DNA from: Patescibacteria group bacterium
Lineage (GTDB): Bacteria; Patescibacteriota; Minisyncoccia; Phycocordibacterales; UBA1550
DNA: 55,067 bases
NCBI GenBank assembly: GCA_038062675.1
Contig: JBBTWP010000002.1
Coordinates: 22,668 to 77,734, forward strand
Reading direction: 5' to 3'
Part shown: piece after piece, positions 8,679 to 17,677 of the stretch
How the letters are laid out: each line of letters opens with the position of its first letter
Position numbering within the stretch: the first letter of the stretch is position 1
Notes under the pieces: generated by a model
What the model saw: only the letters and a program-made list of their open reading frames with translations
The model's database searches: none
Told to the model about the DNA's origin: nothing
Translations under genes and position numbers: made by a program

Positions 8679-10595
8679 ATGAGCACTGACGGAAAAAGTA
8701 GGATTGCGGAGCTCGAAAAAGAGCTTAACGCAAAAGAGTTTACTCCGCACAAAGCCGCAGACACTCTGGAGCCCAGAGCTTCGGATGTTAGGGTAGCTTC
8801 ATCGTGGGATCAACCAAAAGATTCTACGGCGCTTGCTGCGGAAGAGGTGCACATAGCACAACACCACCATCTCATGAAAAAAATACTTCTCGGTTCGTTG
8901 GGCTTTTTTGTGGTTGCGGTGGCAATTGCGATGTTTGTTTCGTTAAACAGAAGCAATCTTGTTTCCCCTGATAAGATTGCAATTAATATCACTGCTCCTG
9001 TTGCGATTTCCGGTGGGGATTCTTTTGAAACAAAAATCACTATTGTAAATAATAATAGTGTGCGCATCGATCAGGCAGATCTATTTTTTGAGTATCCTAG
9101 CGGGTTTTATTCTGCATCCGACAAGAGCGATTTGCTTCGAGTCTCACGCAACATCGGAGCCCTTTCTTCTGGAGAATCTGCTGAAGAGTCAGTGAATACT
9201 ATGGTGTATGGAGAGGAAAATACTGAAAAAGAAGTGCGTGTTGTTTTGGAGTATCGCTTGGCGGGGTCGAACGCAACATTTAAAAAATTTACGACTTATG
9301 TCGTGAAAGTAACCTCTTCTCCCGTGAACGTAAAACTGGGAATGCTTAAAGAGGCAAGTTCCGGACAAGAAGTAGAACTTTCGGTTGACGTAGAATCAAA
9401 CAGCATTCGTTCGATGGAGAATTTGTTGCTCGACGTTTCATATCCTTTAGGATTTACATTTTTAAGTGCATCTCCAGCTCCAAGTTATCAAAACAATGTT
9501 TGGAATATCGGCACACTTGCGGCACAGGGAAAGCGTACGATCAAGATCAAAGGAATCGTTGAGGGTCAGGAAGGGGAAGAAAAAGTTGCAAAAGTTTCTT
9601 TGGGGACGCAAAGCTCGAAGGATGAGCGAGTCATCGGCGTGGTATACACCACCACCACTGAAACACTTGCACTCACCAAGCCGTTTCTGGGGGTCGACCT
9701 TGTAGTGAATGGTGATCGTTCACCTGAGTATGTTGCCACCAAAGGCGAAGCACTTCGCGTGGATGCATTTTGGGTCAGTAATAATACGAGCCCCATTACT
9801 GATGCGGTCATTGAGATAAAGCTTAAAGGCGAGGCGCTCAACAGGTATTCTGTGTACGCTTCAAATGGAGGTTTCTATCAATCCATAAACGATACTATTG
9901 TTTGGGAAAAATCACGAAATCCCGAGCTTGCAGTTATCGAGCCGGGGGCGCGTGGTAGTGTGAGTTTCAGTTTCTCTCCAATTCCTCTCTCTGTCGATGC
10001 GGGAAGGATTTTAAAAAATTCCCAAATTGTTCTTGAGCTTAAAGCCCGCGCACGTCGTCACACAACGGGGAGCATCTCCGAGGAAGCTTCAACGTTTGCA
10101 AGTAGAAAAATAAAGCTCGAGACTGACATACGGCTGACTGCACGAAGTCTCTACTATGCCGGACCATTTAAAAATATCGGAACGCTTCCTCCTCGCGCAG
10201 ACAAAGAAACGACATATACTATTGCATGGACAGTGCACAACGCTTCAAACAATATTTCAAATGTGTTTGTGCGTACAACACTTCCTATCTATGTGAAATG
10301 GCGTGGAGCCGTAGATCCTGCGGGGGAAGATGTTGTGTATAATGAGAGCGGAGCCGAAGTGGTGTGGAACGCGGGAAGAATTCCGTCGGGGGGTTCTCGT
10401 GAAGTTGCGTTCCAGATTGGACTCACACCAAGCTTGAGTCAGATTGATACTACGCCACTTTTGACTGGAGACAGTCTTTTAACGGCAGTTGATGATTTTA
10501 CAAAAACTAATCTTCGTGACAAAAAATCCGCAGTAACAACGAATCTTTCCTCAGACCCACAATTTGGTCAAAATGAAGGAGGTGTGATAAGATGA
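8679..10595 (+). CDS. Membrane-anchored protein with repeated beta-sandwich (DUF11/CARDB-like) modules
   Basis: One TM helix (ILLGSLGFFVVAVAIAMFVSL) is followed by ~540 aa containing recurring blocks such as NVWNIGTLAAQGKRTIKIKG and VVWNAGRIPSGGSREVAFQIG. The ATG at 8679 is preferred over the upstream alternative start at 8628. Confidence 0.8.
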   Translation: MSTDGKSRIAELEKELNAKEFTPHKAADTLEPRASDVRVASSWDQPKDSTALAAEEVHIAQHHHLMKKILLGSLGFFVVAVAIAMFVSLNRSNLVSPDKIAINITAPVAISGGDSFETKITIVNNNSVRIDQADLFFEYPSGFYSASDKSDLLRVSRNIGALSSGESAEESVNTMVYGEENTEKEVRVVLEYRLAGSNATFKKFTTYVVKVTSSPVNVKLGMLKEASSGQEVELSVDVESNSIRSMENLLLDVSYPLGFTFLSASPAPSYQNNVWNIGTLAAQGKRTIKIKGIVEGQEGEEKVAKVSLGTQSSKDERVIGVVYTTTTETLALTKPFLGVDLVVNGDRSPEYVATKGEALRVDAFWVSNNTSPITDAVIEIKLKGEALNRYSVYASNGGFYQSINDTIVWEKSRNPELAVIEPGARGSVSFSFSPIPLSVDAGRILKNSQIVLELKARARRHTTGSISEEASTFASRKIKLETDIRLTARSLYYAGPFKNIGTLPPRADKETTYTIAWTVHNASNNISNVFVRTTLPIYVKWRGAVDPAGEDVVYNESGAEVVWNAGRIPSGGSREVAFQIGLTPSLSQIDTTPLLTGDSLLTAVDDFTKTNLRDKKSAVTTNLSSDPQFGQNEGGVIR

Positions 10596-10662
10596 CCCTT
10601 TGAATCATCAAGATTGGATAATGAATCATATGTCGGATAAACAAAATATTGCAGAAGGCCGG

Positions 10663-12057
10663 ATGGAAAAAATTACTTCGCTCTCAAAAAGGCGCGGGTT
10701 TGTATACCCCTCTTCAGAGATTTATGGCGGCGTTTCTGGTGTGTACGACTATGGGCATTACGGCACACTCCTCAAAGAAAACATTAAGAATGAGTGGTGG
10801 AAACACATGGTGCAGTTTCGTGATGACGTGTACGGTTTGGATAGCGCTATTTTCATGCATCCGCAAGCATGGGTTGCGTCTGGGCATGTGGGAGGGTTTA
10901 ACGACCCGCAAATAGATTGCCGAAACTGCAAGTCTCGTTTTCGCGCTGATCATGTGCTGGAAGGTTTTGGTATTGTGGCTGACAAGATGCCGATTGATTT
11001 TATTAACACCGAACTCGACAAACTGCGCGCAGAGAAAAAACTTGTTTGTTCAAAGTGTGGTTCCGCCGACATTACTCCGGCAAGATCATTTTCAATGATG
11101 GTGAAGTCAAACCTTGGTTCGCCGGTGGATATTTTGACCGAAGAGAATGTTATGTATTTGCGTCCAGAAACGTGCGGAGGTATTTATCTTGAGTACAAAA
11201 ATACACTCGACTCACTTCATCCAAAATTGCCGTTTGGTATTGCGCAGGCGGGCAAGGCATTTCGCAACGAAATCGCTGCCCGACAGTATATTTTTAGAAC
11301 GCGCGAGTTTGAGCAATTGGAAATGCAATATTTTCACAATCCTGCACAGACGAAAGAGCTCTATGAAATGTGGAAAGAAACTCGATGGCAGTGGTTTTTG
11401 GATCTTGGTATCCCTGCAGAAAAGCTCCGTTTTTACAAACATGAAAAACTCGCGCACTATGCGAGTGATGCTTACGACATTGAATACGCATTTGATTTTT
11501 TCGGAGGGGATTTCAAGGAAGTGGAGGGGATTCATGCGCGTGGAGACTGGGATTTGTCGCAACACTCAAAGTTTTCCGGTGTATCGCTTGATTATTTTGA
11601 TGAGGAAACAAAGACGAGATTTACGCCACATATTATGGAAACGTCAGTTGGTCTTGGACGTCTGTTCCTCATGTTTATGGACAACGCTTATACGGAGGTG
11701 GTGGAAGGCGAAGAGACGAGGGTGTTTTTGAAATTTCCGCCGCGCCTCGCGCCGGTTAAATGCGCAATTTTCCCGCTGCTTAAAAACAAACCTGAATTAG
11801 TGGCGAAGGCGCGCGAAGTTTTTAATACGCTCCGCAAAGAGTTTATGTGTGAATTTGATGACAATGGTAACATCGGCAAACGCTATCGCCGTCAAGACGA
11901 GATTGGTACACCGTGGTGTGTAACGATTGACTTTAATACTCTTGGAGAGACTCCCGACCTCAAAGACACGGTTACGGTGCGCAATCGCGACACAGGAACT
12001 CAACAGCGCCTTTCTCTTTCTGAATTGTCAGGGTTTTTGAAAAATAGTATAATATAA
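10663..12057 (+). CDS. glyQS: Glycyl-tRNA synthetase (dimeric GlyQS type)
   Basis: MEKITSLSKRRGFVYPSSEIYGGVSGVYDYGHYG is the canonical GlyRS N-terminus, and class II motifs follow downstream. GAAGG lies 5-6 nt before ATG 10663. In-frame ATGs at 10621 and 10630 are alternative starts. Confidence 0.93.
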   Translation: MEKITSLSKRRGFVYPSSEIYGGVSGVYDYGHYGTLLKENIKNEWWKHMVQFRDDVYGLDSAIFMHPQAWVASGHVGGFNDPQIDCRNCKSRFRADHVLEGFGIVADKMPIDFINTELDKLRAEKKLVCSKCGSADITPARSFSMMVKSNLGSPVDILTEENVMYLRPETCGGIYLEYKNTLDSLHPKLPFGIAQAGKAFRNEIAARQYIFRTREFEQLEMQYFHNPAQTKELYEMWKETRWQWFLDLGIPAEKLRFYKHEKLAHYASDAYDIEYAFDFFGGDFKEVEGIHARGDWDLSQHSKFSGVSLDYFDEETKTRFTPHIMETSVGLGRLFLMFMDNAYTEVVEGEETRVFLKFPPRLAPVKCAIFPLLKNKPELVAKAREVFNTLRKEFMCEFDDNGNIGKRYRRQDEIGTPWCVTIDFNTLGETPDLKDTVTVRNRDTGTQQRLSLSELSGFLKNSII

Positions 12058-12104
12058 GAAGGTTCCCTTGTTTCGCTGTGTGTTTTTGCGAGGAGGGTTG
12101 AGCG

Positions 12105-12278
12105 ATGGAAATTGTCTTAATATTTCTCGTTGTTCTTAGTGTGGCAGTAATAGTTGTAGGTTTTCAGGTTTTTTGTTGGGCGATCTGGACATTGCAAAGC
12201 GGACTTTTGTTTTCAGTTGCGTTCATTTTTTTGGTGATAGGTAGTTTGATTATGGGCTTGGCGGTCATATCTTTATAA
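12105..12278 (+). CDS. Small hydrophobic (two-TM) peptide, 57 aa, not in the ORF track
   Basis: AGGAGGG lies 7 nt upstream of the ATG. Translation is MEIVLIFLVVLSVAVIVVGFQVFCWAIWTLQSGLLFSVAFIFLVIGSLIMGLAVISL, followed by a weak hairpin plus T-run at ~12319..12344. Confidence 0.55.
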   Translation: MEIVLIFLVVLSVAVIVVGFQVFCWAIWTLQSGLLFSVAFIFLVIGSLIMGLAVISL

Positions 12279-12344
12279 TAAACAAGTAAGGATGGACGAA
12301 TCTTAAAGCAAAACATGAACCGGTCTTTTATGGCCGGCTTTTTG

Positions 12345-12374
12345 TTGACGAAGGATGCGAAAAAGCGGTACACT
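12345..12374 (+). promoter_or_regulatory. Sigma70-like promoter TTGACG-18-TACACT
   Basis: -35 at 12345..12350 and -10 at 12369..12374, followed by GGAGG (12391..12395) and ATG 12402. Confidence 0.5.
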
Positions 12375-12401
12375 AGCGACAGATAGAGAAGGAGGTTTGA
12401 T

Positions 12402-12770
12402 ATGAACATGCTTCAGTTGTTGACACATGACTTTCCAATGCTTCAGTCGGGCATGCCGCTTCGGTTTAACGTTGTCGGTGATATTTATTTCGGACCGGTG
12501 AGTTTGCGCAATCGTCACGAAATATTCCCGAGACTTAATCTTGGAAGGTGTATTGCTTCAAAGCTTGAGGGGTATTGGCATTGCAATGAAGAGGGACGCC
12601 TTGTTCGATTTTTAGGAAAAGGAGAAAGCATTCTCGTCTCTGAAAACCATCCACACTTAGTGGTTGAAGTCGACCTTCGGCGAAACTTTTCCGAGGTTTA
12701 TGAATTGTATTGCATGCTCACCAATCCTGCGTTTCTTCCTGTGCGACAGGCGCTTGTTGTTCTTTCTTAA
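12402..12770 (+). CDS. Hypothetical protein (122 aa), no recognisable family
   Basis: Strong SD (GAAGGAGG) 6 nt upstream, its own promoter, and its own terminator directly after the stop. Confidence 0.75.
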   Translation: MNMLQLLTHDFPMLQSGMPLRFNVVGDIYFGPVSLRNRHEIFPRLNLGRCIASKLEGYWHCNEEGRLVRFLGKGESILVSENHPHLVVEVDLRRNFSEVYELYCMLTNPAFLPVRQALVVLS

Positions 12771-12798
12771 AGCGGCTTCGCAAGAAGCCGCTTTTTTG
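12771..12798 (+). terminator. Rho-independent terminator
   Basis: AGCGGCTTC-GCAA-GAAGCCGCT followed by TTTTTT. Confidence 0.8.
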
Positions 12799-12915
12799 TT
12801 CAAAAAAATGATTCTTGTGAACGGTGTTTTTTCGCAAAAAAGAGCTCCTATGGTAAATCACAAAGGAGAAGTGCAGAGTCTTGGAAAAAAATCTGAAAAA
12901 TGTTATTCATACTAT

Positions 12916-13479
12916 ATGAATAACATTGAATCCGCCAAAGAATTTGCCACCCGAAAATTCGCCGAAGTTAACGTCGAAAATCATTTTTTGGAAGTTTATG
13001 GTTTTTTGAAAGAAGATTTTAAAGTGAATGACGAAAATATTTTGGTTGCGGGACTTTTGCATGATGTTTTGGAGGATACCAATACCACAGATGAAGAAAT
13101 GTCTGAAAAATTTGGGCAAGACGTTTTGAATTTGGTTTTGGAAGTATCACATGTAAAAAACTGGAAAGATCCAACAAGGCCTGAAATGACAAAACAAGAT
13201 TTGATGTCGGAATATTACGAACATATCAGGGAAATTCCTGGCAGGGCGAAATTGATCAAGATTGCTGACTTCACTTCACACATGGGCAACTTCATTAAAA
13301 TTTATCAAAAGAATGAACAACATCTATATCCAAAATTTGTGAATAATGACAAATATATTACTCAAATTCAAAATTTCCTGAATTCCTGTGAAGATTCTTT
13401 GGCAAAGGAGAAGTTGTGGAAACTAACCGTAGAATTGGAACAAAAAAATCGACTCAGCGCGTTTAATATGCTAGATTAG
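12916..13479 (+). CDS. HD-domain protein of the RelA/SpoT hydrolase type (small alarmone hydrolase-like)
   Basis: ...ENHFLEV...LLHDVLEDT...FG..V..LV..VSH...KIADFTSHM matches the H...HDxxED...ADRxxN pattern of (p)ppGpp hydrolase domains. The start is uncertain (ATG 12850 or 12916), and both lie after the upstream terminator. Confidence 0.8.
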   Translation: MNNIESAKEFATRKFAEVNVENHFLEVYGFLKEDFKVNDENILVAGLLHDVLEDTNTTDEEMSEKFGQDVLNLVLEVSHVKNWKDPTRPEMTKQDLMSEYYEHIREIPGRAKLIKIADFTSHMGNFIKIYQKNEQHLYPKFVNNDKYITQIQNFLNSCEDSLAKEKLWKLTVELEQKNRLSAFNMLD

Positions 13480-13484
13480 AAACT

Positions 13485-14408
13485 ATGACTACTCACGAAA
13501 CTGACAACTCAAAAATTCTGGAAAAGATTCCGGGGATTTTAGAAGTTAAACGAATTTTAATAACCGAAGAATTTGAGAAACTCGTCGGACCCGTTGTTGC
13601 ACAGACAGCAAAACAAAATGCACAAAATATTTTTGTTTACAAAATCATCTACCGCTCCCAAGGACATAAAGTTGTCGGATTTATGGCAGAACCTCGCATA
13701 GGAGAAAATCTTCCGTGTGTTATTTACAATCGAGGTGGTTCGGGTGAATTTGGTGTACTCAAGATCGGCATGTTTTTCTTTCGGCTTCCCGCAGAGCTCG
13801 CAATGCAAGGCTACATTGTAATCGCTTCGCAATACTCCGGCAATGCCGGAAGTGAGGGAAAAGACGAAATGGGTGGCTCGGATATTGAAGATGTGCTCGT
13901 ACTCCAAAAAATTCTCAAAAACTACAGTCGTGCAAATGCAAAAAAAATCGGCATGCAAGGCGGAAGTCGCGGAGGAAGCATGACCTACCTCGCTCTTTCA
14001 AAAGTAAAATGGATAAAAGCTGCAGTAACTGTTGGCGCACCGACAAACTTACTTCGTGAAGAAAAATTGCGACCCGAAATGAAGGCGCATTTTAAAAAAA
14101 TGTTCGGTGGAAGCCTTGCGGAAAAAAAGAAACGATCTGCAATCTTTTGGTCTCACCTGTTTCCTAAGAAAACCCCTCTTCTTGTCATACATGGAGCTTC
14201 CGACTGGCGCGTAAGTCCGCTTGATTCGCTAGAATTATCTCAAAAACTTCTTGCACTCCACGTCCCTCATCGTCTGGTACTTTTTGAGGGTGCTGACCAC
14301 GGACTCACTGAACATACAAAAGAATCTAATCAAATGATAATTTCTTGGTTCGATCGATTTTTAAAAAATGACGAACCCCTCCCCAACACAAAACTTCACG
14401 GTTTGTAA
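13485..14408 (+). CDS. Alpha/beta hydrolase, S9 prolyl-oligopeptidase/dienelactone-hydrolase-like
   Basis: Nucleophile elbow GMQGGSRGGSM (G-x-S-x-G), then LVIHGASDWRV (Asp) and GADHGL (His). TGcTAGATT lies 7 nt upstream of the ATG. Confidence 0.85.
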   Translation: MTTHETDNSKILEKIPGILEVKRILITEEFEKLVGPVVAQTAKQNAQNIFVYKIIYRSQGHKVVGFMAEPRIGENLPCVIYNRGGSGEFGVLKIGMFFFRLPAELAMQGYIVIASQYSGNAGSEGKDEMGGSDIEDVLVLQKILKNYSRANAKKIGMQGGSRGGSMTYLALSKVKWIKAAVTVGAPTNLLREEKLRPEMKAHFKKMFGGSLAEKKKRSAIFWSHLFPKKTPLLVIHGASDWRVSPLDSLELSQKLLALHVPHRLVLFEGADHGLTEHTKESNQMIISWFDRFLKNDEPLPNTKLHGL

Positions 14409-14415
14409 TATAAAA

Positions 14416-14445
14416 AGCCCCGTTCCTTTAAAAAGAACGGGGCTA
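14416..14445. terminator. Bidirectional terminator between convergent genes
   Basis: AGCCCCGTTC ... GAACGGGGCT hairpin flanked by A-runs and T-runs. It sits between the stops at 14408 (+) and 14460 (-). Confidence 0.75.
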
Positions 14446-14459
14446 AGTTTCAAAAACTT

Positions 14460-15014
14460 TTAACCGACAAAGACTGGTCTGGATTGGTTTGCGAGAGTGG
14501 TCGTACATTCACCACAACCGCCACCAGCACAATCGGGGCTCTTACTATCGCAGTCCGCTGAGCTCTCCACATTAGTTGATGGAAAAACTTTCTGAAGATT
14601 ATTCAGTGGCTCACCAAACTCAGACAAGAAAAGTTCTTTTGTTTTGGTAAAGGCGACAACCAAATCCCTCGAATCTGCCTCTCCTCGCATACCGAAATAC
14701 GGAAAGTGATGTAAAAAATATCCAAAAATATCTTGACTATCTTTAGCGTATTTCCGTGTATCGAGAATGTGATAGTGCCAAATTGTATCAAGCACCTTGC
14801 TCGGCACGATTGAAACAGAGGGATATTGAAGGCATAAAAATAAGAATCTTTTATACCACTTCTCCGCCATGTTAACTTGTTCCACTGACCAACCTTCGCC
14901 CTCTTCCTGCTCCATCAATTTTACTTTAATGGGGCCGAGATCGAGCTGATTAATCGCTTGAACGCTAACCAGTTGACTACTTGTCAAACTTTGAACTGCT
15001 AGTGTCGCTACCAT
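14460..15014 (-). CDS. GRDP-like (DUF1399-like) protein with a Cys-rich C-terminal tail
   Basis: WYKRFLFLCLQYP...VPSKVLDTIWHYHILDTRKYAKDSQDIFGYFLHHFPYFG fits the glycine-rich-domain-protein-like pattern W-H-x-H-x-L-x-T-x-x-Y...H-H-x-P. AGGAG lies 7 nt upstream of ATG 15014, so the longer ORF start at 15065 is rejected. The tail is SSADCDSKSPDCAGGGCGEC. Confidence 0.7.
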   Translation of the reverse strand: MVATLAVQSLTSSQLVSVQAINQLDLGPIKVKLMEQEEGEGWSVEQVNMAEKWYKRFLFLCLQYPSVSIVPSKVLDTIWHYHILDTRKYAKDSQDIFGYFLHHFPYFGMRGEADSRDLVVAFTKTKELFLSEFGEPLNNLQKVFPSTNVESSADCDSKSPDCAGGGCGECTTTLANQSRPVFVG

Positions 15015-15248
15015 GGTACATCTCCTTACAAAGAACATTGATACCGTCAAGATGATCTTGAACAATAAGCACCGAAGTATCTACGTACAACCCTATCAGG
15101 CTTTTTCATGAAAGTCAATTTTTTTTCTTGGTACGCGACCCCTCACACTGTGTATATAACTGTCTAAAATTTGGGATACCGGCCATTTTGAGCTCTGTGC
15201 TGGCAGTCTTTTTGTTTTTGGTACTCTCCATGGTAGACTCTGATTACT

Positions 15249-16523
15249 ATGAAATTCAAAAAGAAAATATTACCGAGTGGTTTGCGAGTGATTACGGTGC
15301 CTATGGCGGACAATCCGACAACGACCGTGCTGGTTTTGGTGGAAGCCGGTTCAAAATACGAGACGAAGGAGAAAAACGGCATTTCGCATTTTCTTGAGCA
15401 CCTTTGTTTTAAGGGCACAACGAAACGACCCAACGCTTCGGATTTAAGCATTGAGCTCGATGGTTTGGGGTGCGAGTACAACGCATTTACAGGGCAGGAA
15501 TACACGGGGTACTACGCAAAAGGAAAAGCGGCAGATTTTCCTCGTTTGCTCGATATTATTGCGGATTTGTATGTGAATCCTATTTTTAAAGACGAGGAAA
15601 TAGAAAAAGAAAAGGGAGTCATTGTGGATGAGATAAATATGTATGACGATTTACCGATGCGCAAAGTGCACGATGTGTGGTCGGAGCTTCTGTATGGAGA
15701 CCAGCCCGCAGGGTGGACGATTTCGGGTGCGCGCGACGTGGTGAGGGGGATGACACGCGCCGAGGTGGTGGCGTATCGCGCAAAGCACTATGTTGCGTCT
15801 GCGACAACTGTTGTTGTTTCGGGCAATATTGACTCGGCACTTGTGGTGAAAGAGGTGGCGAAAAAATTCGCTAATGTTTCCGCTGCAAAAAAGGGAAGCA
15901 AAAAGAAAACGCAGGACATGCAAAAAGAGCCACAGGTTGCTGTGCAGTTCAAGGAGACCGATCAGACACACTTTGTGTTAGGGGTGCGCTCGTTCCCTGT
16001 TTTTGACGACCGAAATACTACACTTGCGGTTTTGGGTGGAATTTTGGGGAGTGGCATGTCTTCACGCTTGTTTCGAAAACTGCGCGACGAGATGGGGGTC
16101 GGGTATTATGTGCGCGCGGGGAACAATGCCTCGACCGACCATGGGTATTTTTCTGTTTCGGCAGGCGTGGACAATAAACGCATCGACGAAGTACTCAAGG
16201 CAGTTCTTGCGGAATGCTCGCTCCTTAAGCGTGAACTTGTAGGCGCGGAAGAACTCGCGAAGGTTAAAGAACATCTTGTGGGAACAATGTATCTCGGTCT
16301 CGAGTCCTCGGATGATCTTGCGGAATATTATGGTATGCAAGAAATACTCCATCGTGATATTCGTATGCCAAAAGAAAAAGAAAAACGCATACGTGCGGTG
16401 ACCGCAGAAGATGTGCGGACATTGGCGCGCAAAATATTTATCGAAAAAAACTTGAATCTCGCACTCATTGGACCGTTTAAGGAAGGTGATGAGTTTTTGC
16501 GGACACTCAAGTTTTCAAAATAA
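15249..16523 (+). CDS. M16 family (pitrilysin/insulinase-like) zinc peptidase
   Basis: Inverted zinc motif HFLEHLCFKGT (HxxEH) near the N-terminus. The 424-aa two-lobe size is typical of this family. Confidence 0.9.
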   Translation: MKFKKKILPSGLRVITVPMADNPTTTVLVLVEAGSKYETKEKNGISHFLEHLCFKGTTKRPNASDLSIELDGLGCEYNAFTGQEYTGYYAKGKAADFPRLLDIIADLYVNPIFKDEEIEKEKGVIVDEINMYDDLPMRKVHDVWSELLYGDQPAGWTISGARDVVRGMTRAEVVAYRAKHYVASATTVVVSGNIDSALVVKEVAKKFANVSAAKKGSKKKTQDMQKEPQVAVQFKETDQTHFVLGVRSFPVFDDRNTTLAVLGGILGSGMSSRLFRKLRDEMGVGYYVRAGNNASTDHGYFSVSAGVDNKRIDEVLKAVLAECSLLKRELVGAEELAKVKEHLVGTMYLGLESSDDLAEYYGMQEILHRDIRMPKEKEKRIRAVTAEDVRTLARKIFIEKNLNLALIGPFKEGDEFLRTLKFSK

Positions 16524-16578
16524 CCCCCATTGGCTTCGCTTTTTTTGTTATTTCACCAAAATAAGGTACTATAAAGGT

Positions 16579-17643
16579 ATGAAAAATAGCGAAAAAGACA
16601 CCGTTATCTCAATTACGGCAGGAACAATTATTAAGGGTATCGCTATTGTGCTTGGTTTTGCGGCACTCTGGTTTCTGCGTGATCTCGTACTAGTGGTCAT
16701 AACTGCGGTCATTGTTGCATCGTCAGTCGAGCCAGCGGTGAACTTTTTTGCACGCTACCGCATTCATCGTATTCCGGCGGTGCTAGGAGTGTATCTTGGT
16801 TTAGGGGGGCTTTTGGTGGGAATTTTTTACGCTTTTGTACCTCCACTCTTGGGAGAGTTGTATGAATTTTCTGCAAAGCTTCCGGATGTTGCTAAAGAGC
16901 TCAATTTGAGTATGTTGGGCGGGGAAAATGATCCGCTCAAAAAGAGTGAATTGTTGTTTGCGCAGGTTGCCGAAGGGGCTTCCCCAAAAGACCTTCTTGC
17001 CACACTCGGGAAGATCTCAAGCGCCTCGCAAAGCTTTGTGGGGGCAACGAGCGGAATTTTCGGAGGGTTTTTCAGCTTTATTCTTATTGTCATCCTCTCT
17101 TTTTATTTCGCCATGCAAGAACGCGGTATTGAAAACTTTTTAAGAATTGTTATTCCTTTTGACAAGGAGGCGTATGCCATTGATCTGTGGAAGCGATCAA
17201 AAGAAAAGATTGGTAAATGGATGCAAGGTCAGCTTATTCTTGGGGTATTGATTTTTGTGCTAGTCTATCTCGGGCTTACGATTTTTGGCGTGCCATACGC
17301 GCTTATTCTTGCGCTCTTGGCGGGTATCCTCGAACTTATTCCCGTTTTTGGGCCAATTATGGCTGCTATTCCTGCAGTACTCTTAGCATTTTCTACTGGT
17401 GGAACAGGGCTTGCTCTTGGGATTACTGCTTTTTATCTTGTGGTACAACAGTTTGAAAGTAATTTAATTTATCCGCTCGTGGTGAGAAAAATTGTCGGTG
17501 TGCCGCCGATTATCGTCATCCTTGCCCTGATTGTAGGAGCAAAACTTGCTGGATTTTTAGGTATTCTTATTGCTGTTCCTGTAGTAGCGGCGCTTATGGA
17601 AGTGGTGGATGATCTCGAAAAAAGCAAAAGAGGTAGCGTTTAA
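16579..17643 (+). CDS. AI-2E family transporter (PerM/UPF0118-type permease)
   Basis: About 8 TM segments and a conserved C-terminal region ...LELIPVFGPIMAAIPAVLLA...QQFESNLIYPLVV. The ATG at 16579 follows the stop of the upstream gene, and the ORF-track start at 16468 overlaps that gene. Confidence 0.9.
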   Translation: MKNSEKDTVISITAGTIIKGIAIVLGFAALWFLRDLVLVVITAVIVASSVEPAVNFFARYRIHRIPAVLGVYLGLGGLLVGIFYAFVPPLLGELYEFSAKLPDVAKELNLSMLGGENDPLKKSELLFAQVAEGASPKDLLATLGKISSASQSFVGATSGIFGGFFSFILIVILSFYFAMQERGIENFLRIVIPFDKEAYAIDLWKRSKEKIGKWMQGQLILGVLIFVLVYLGLTIFGVPYALILALLAGILELIPVFGPIMAAIPAVLLAFSTGGTGLALGITAFYLVVQQFESNLIYPLVVRKIVGVPPIIVILALIVGAKLAGFLGILIAVPVVAALMEVVDDLEKSKRGSV

Positions 17644-17677
17644 ATTATTTTTATACGAAACTATGGATGCACACAAT

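Noticed and set aside
15128-15397. 89-aa ORF overlapping the start of the M16 peptidase gene
   Set aside because: It is out of frame with the peptidase CDS, which carries HxxEH, and it has no RBS.
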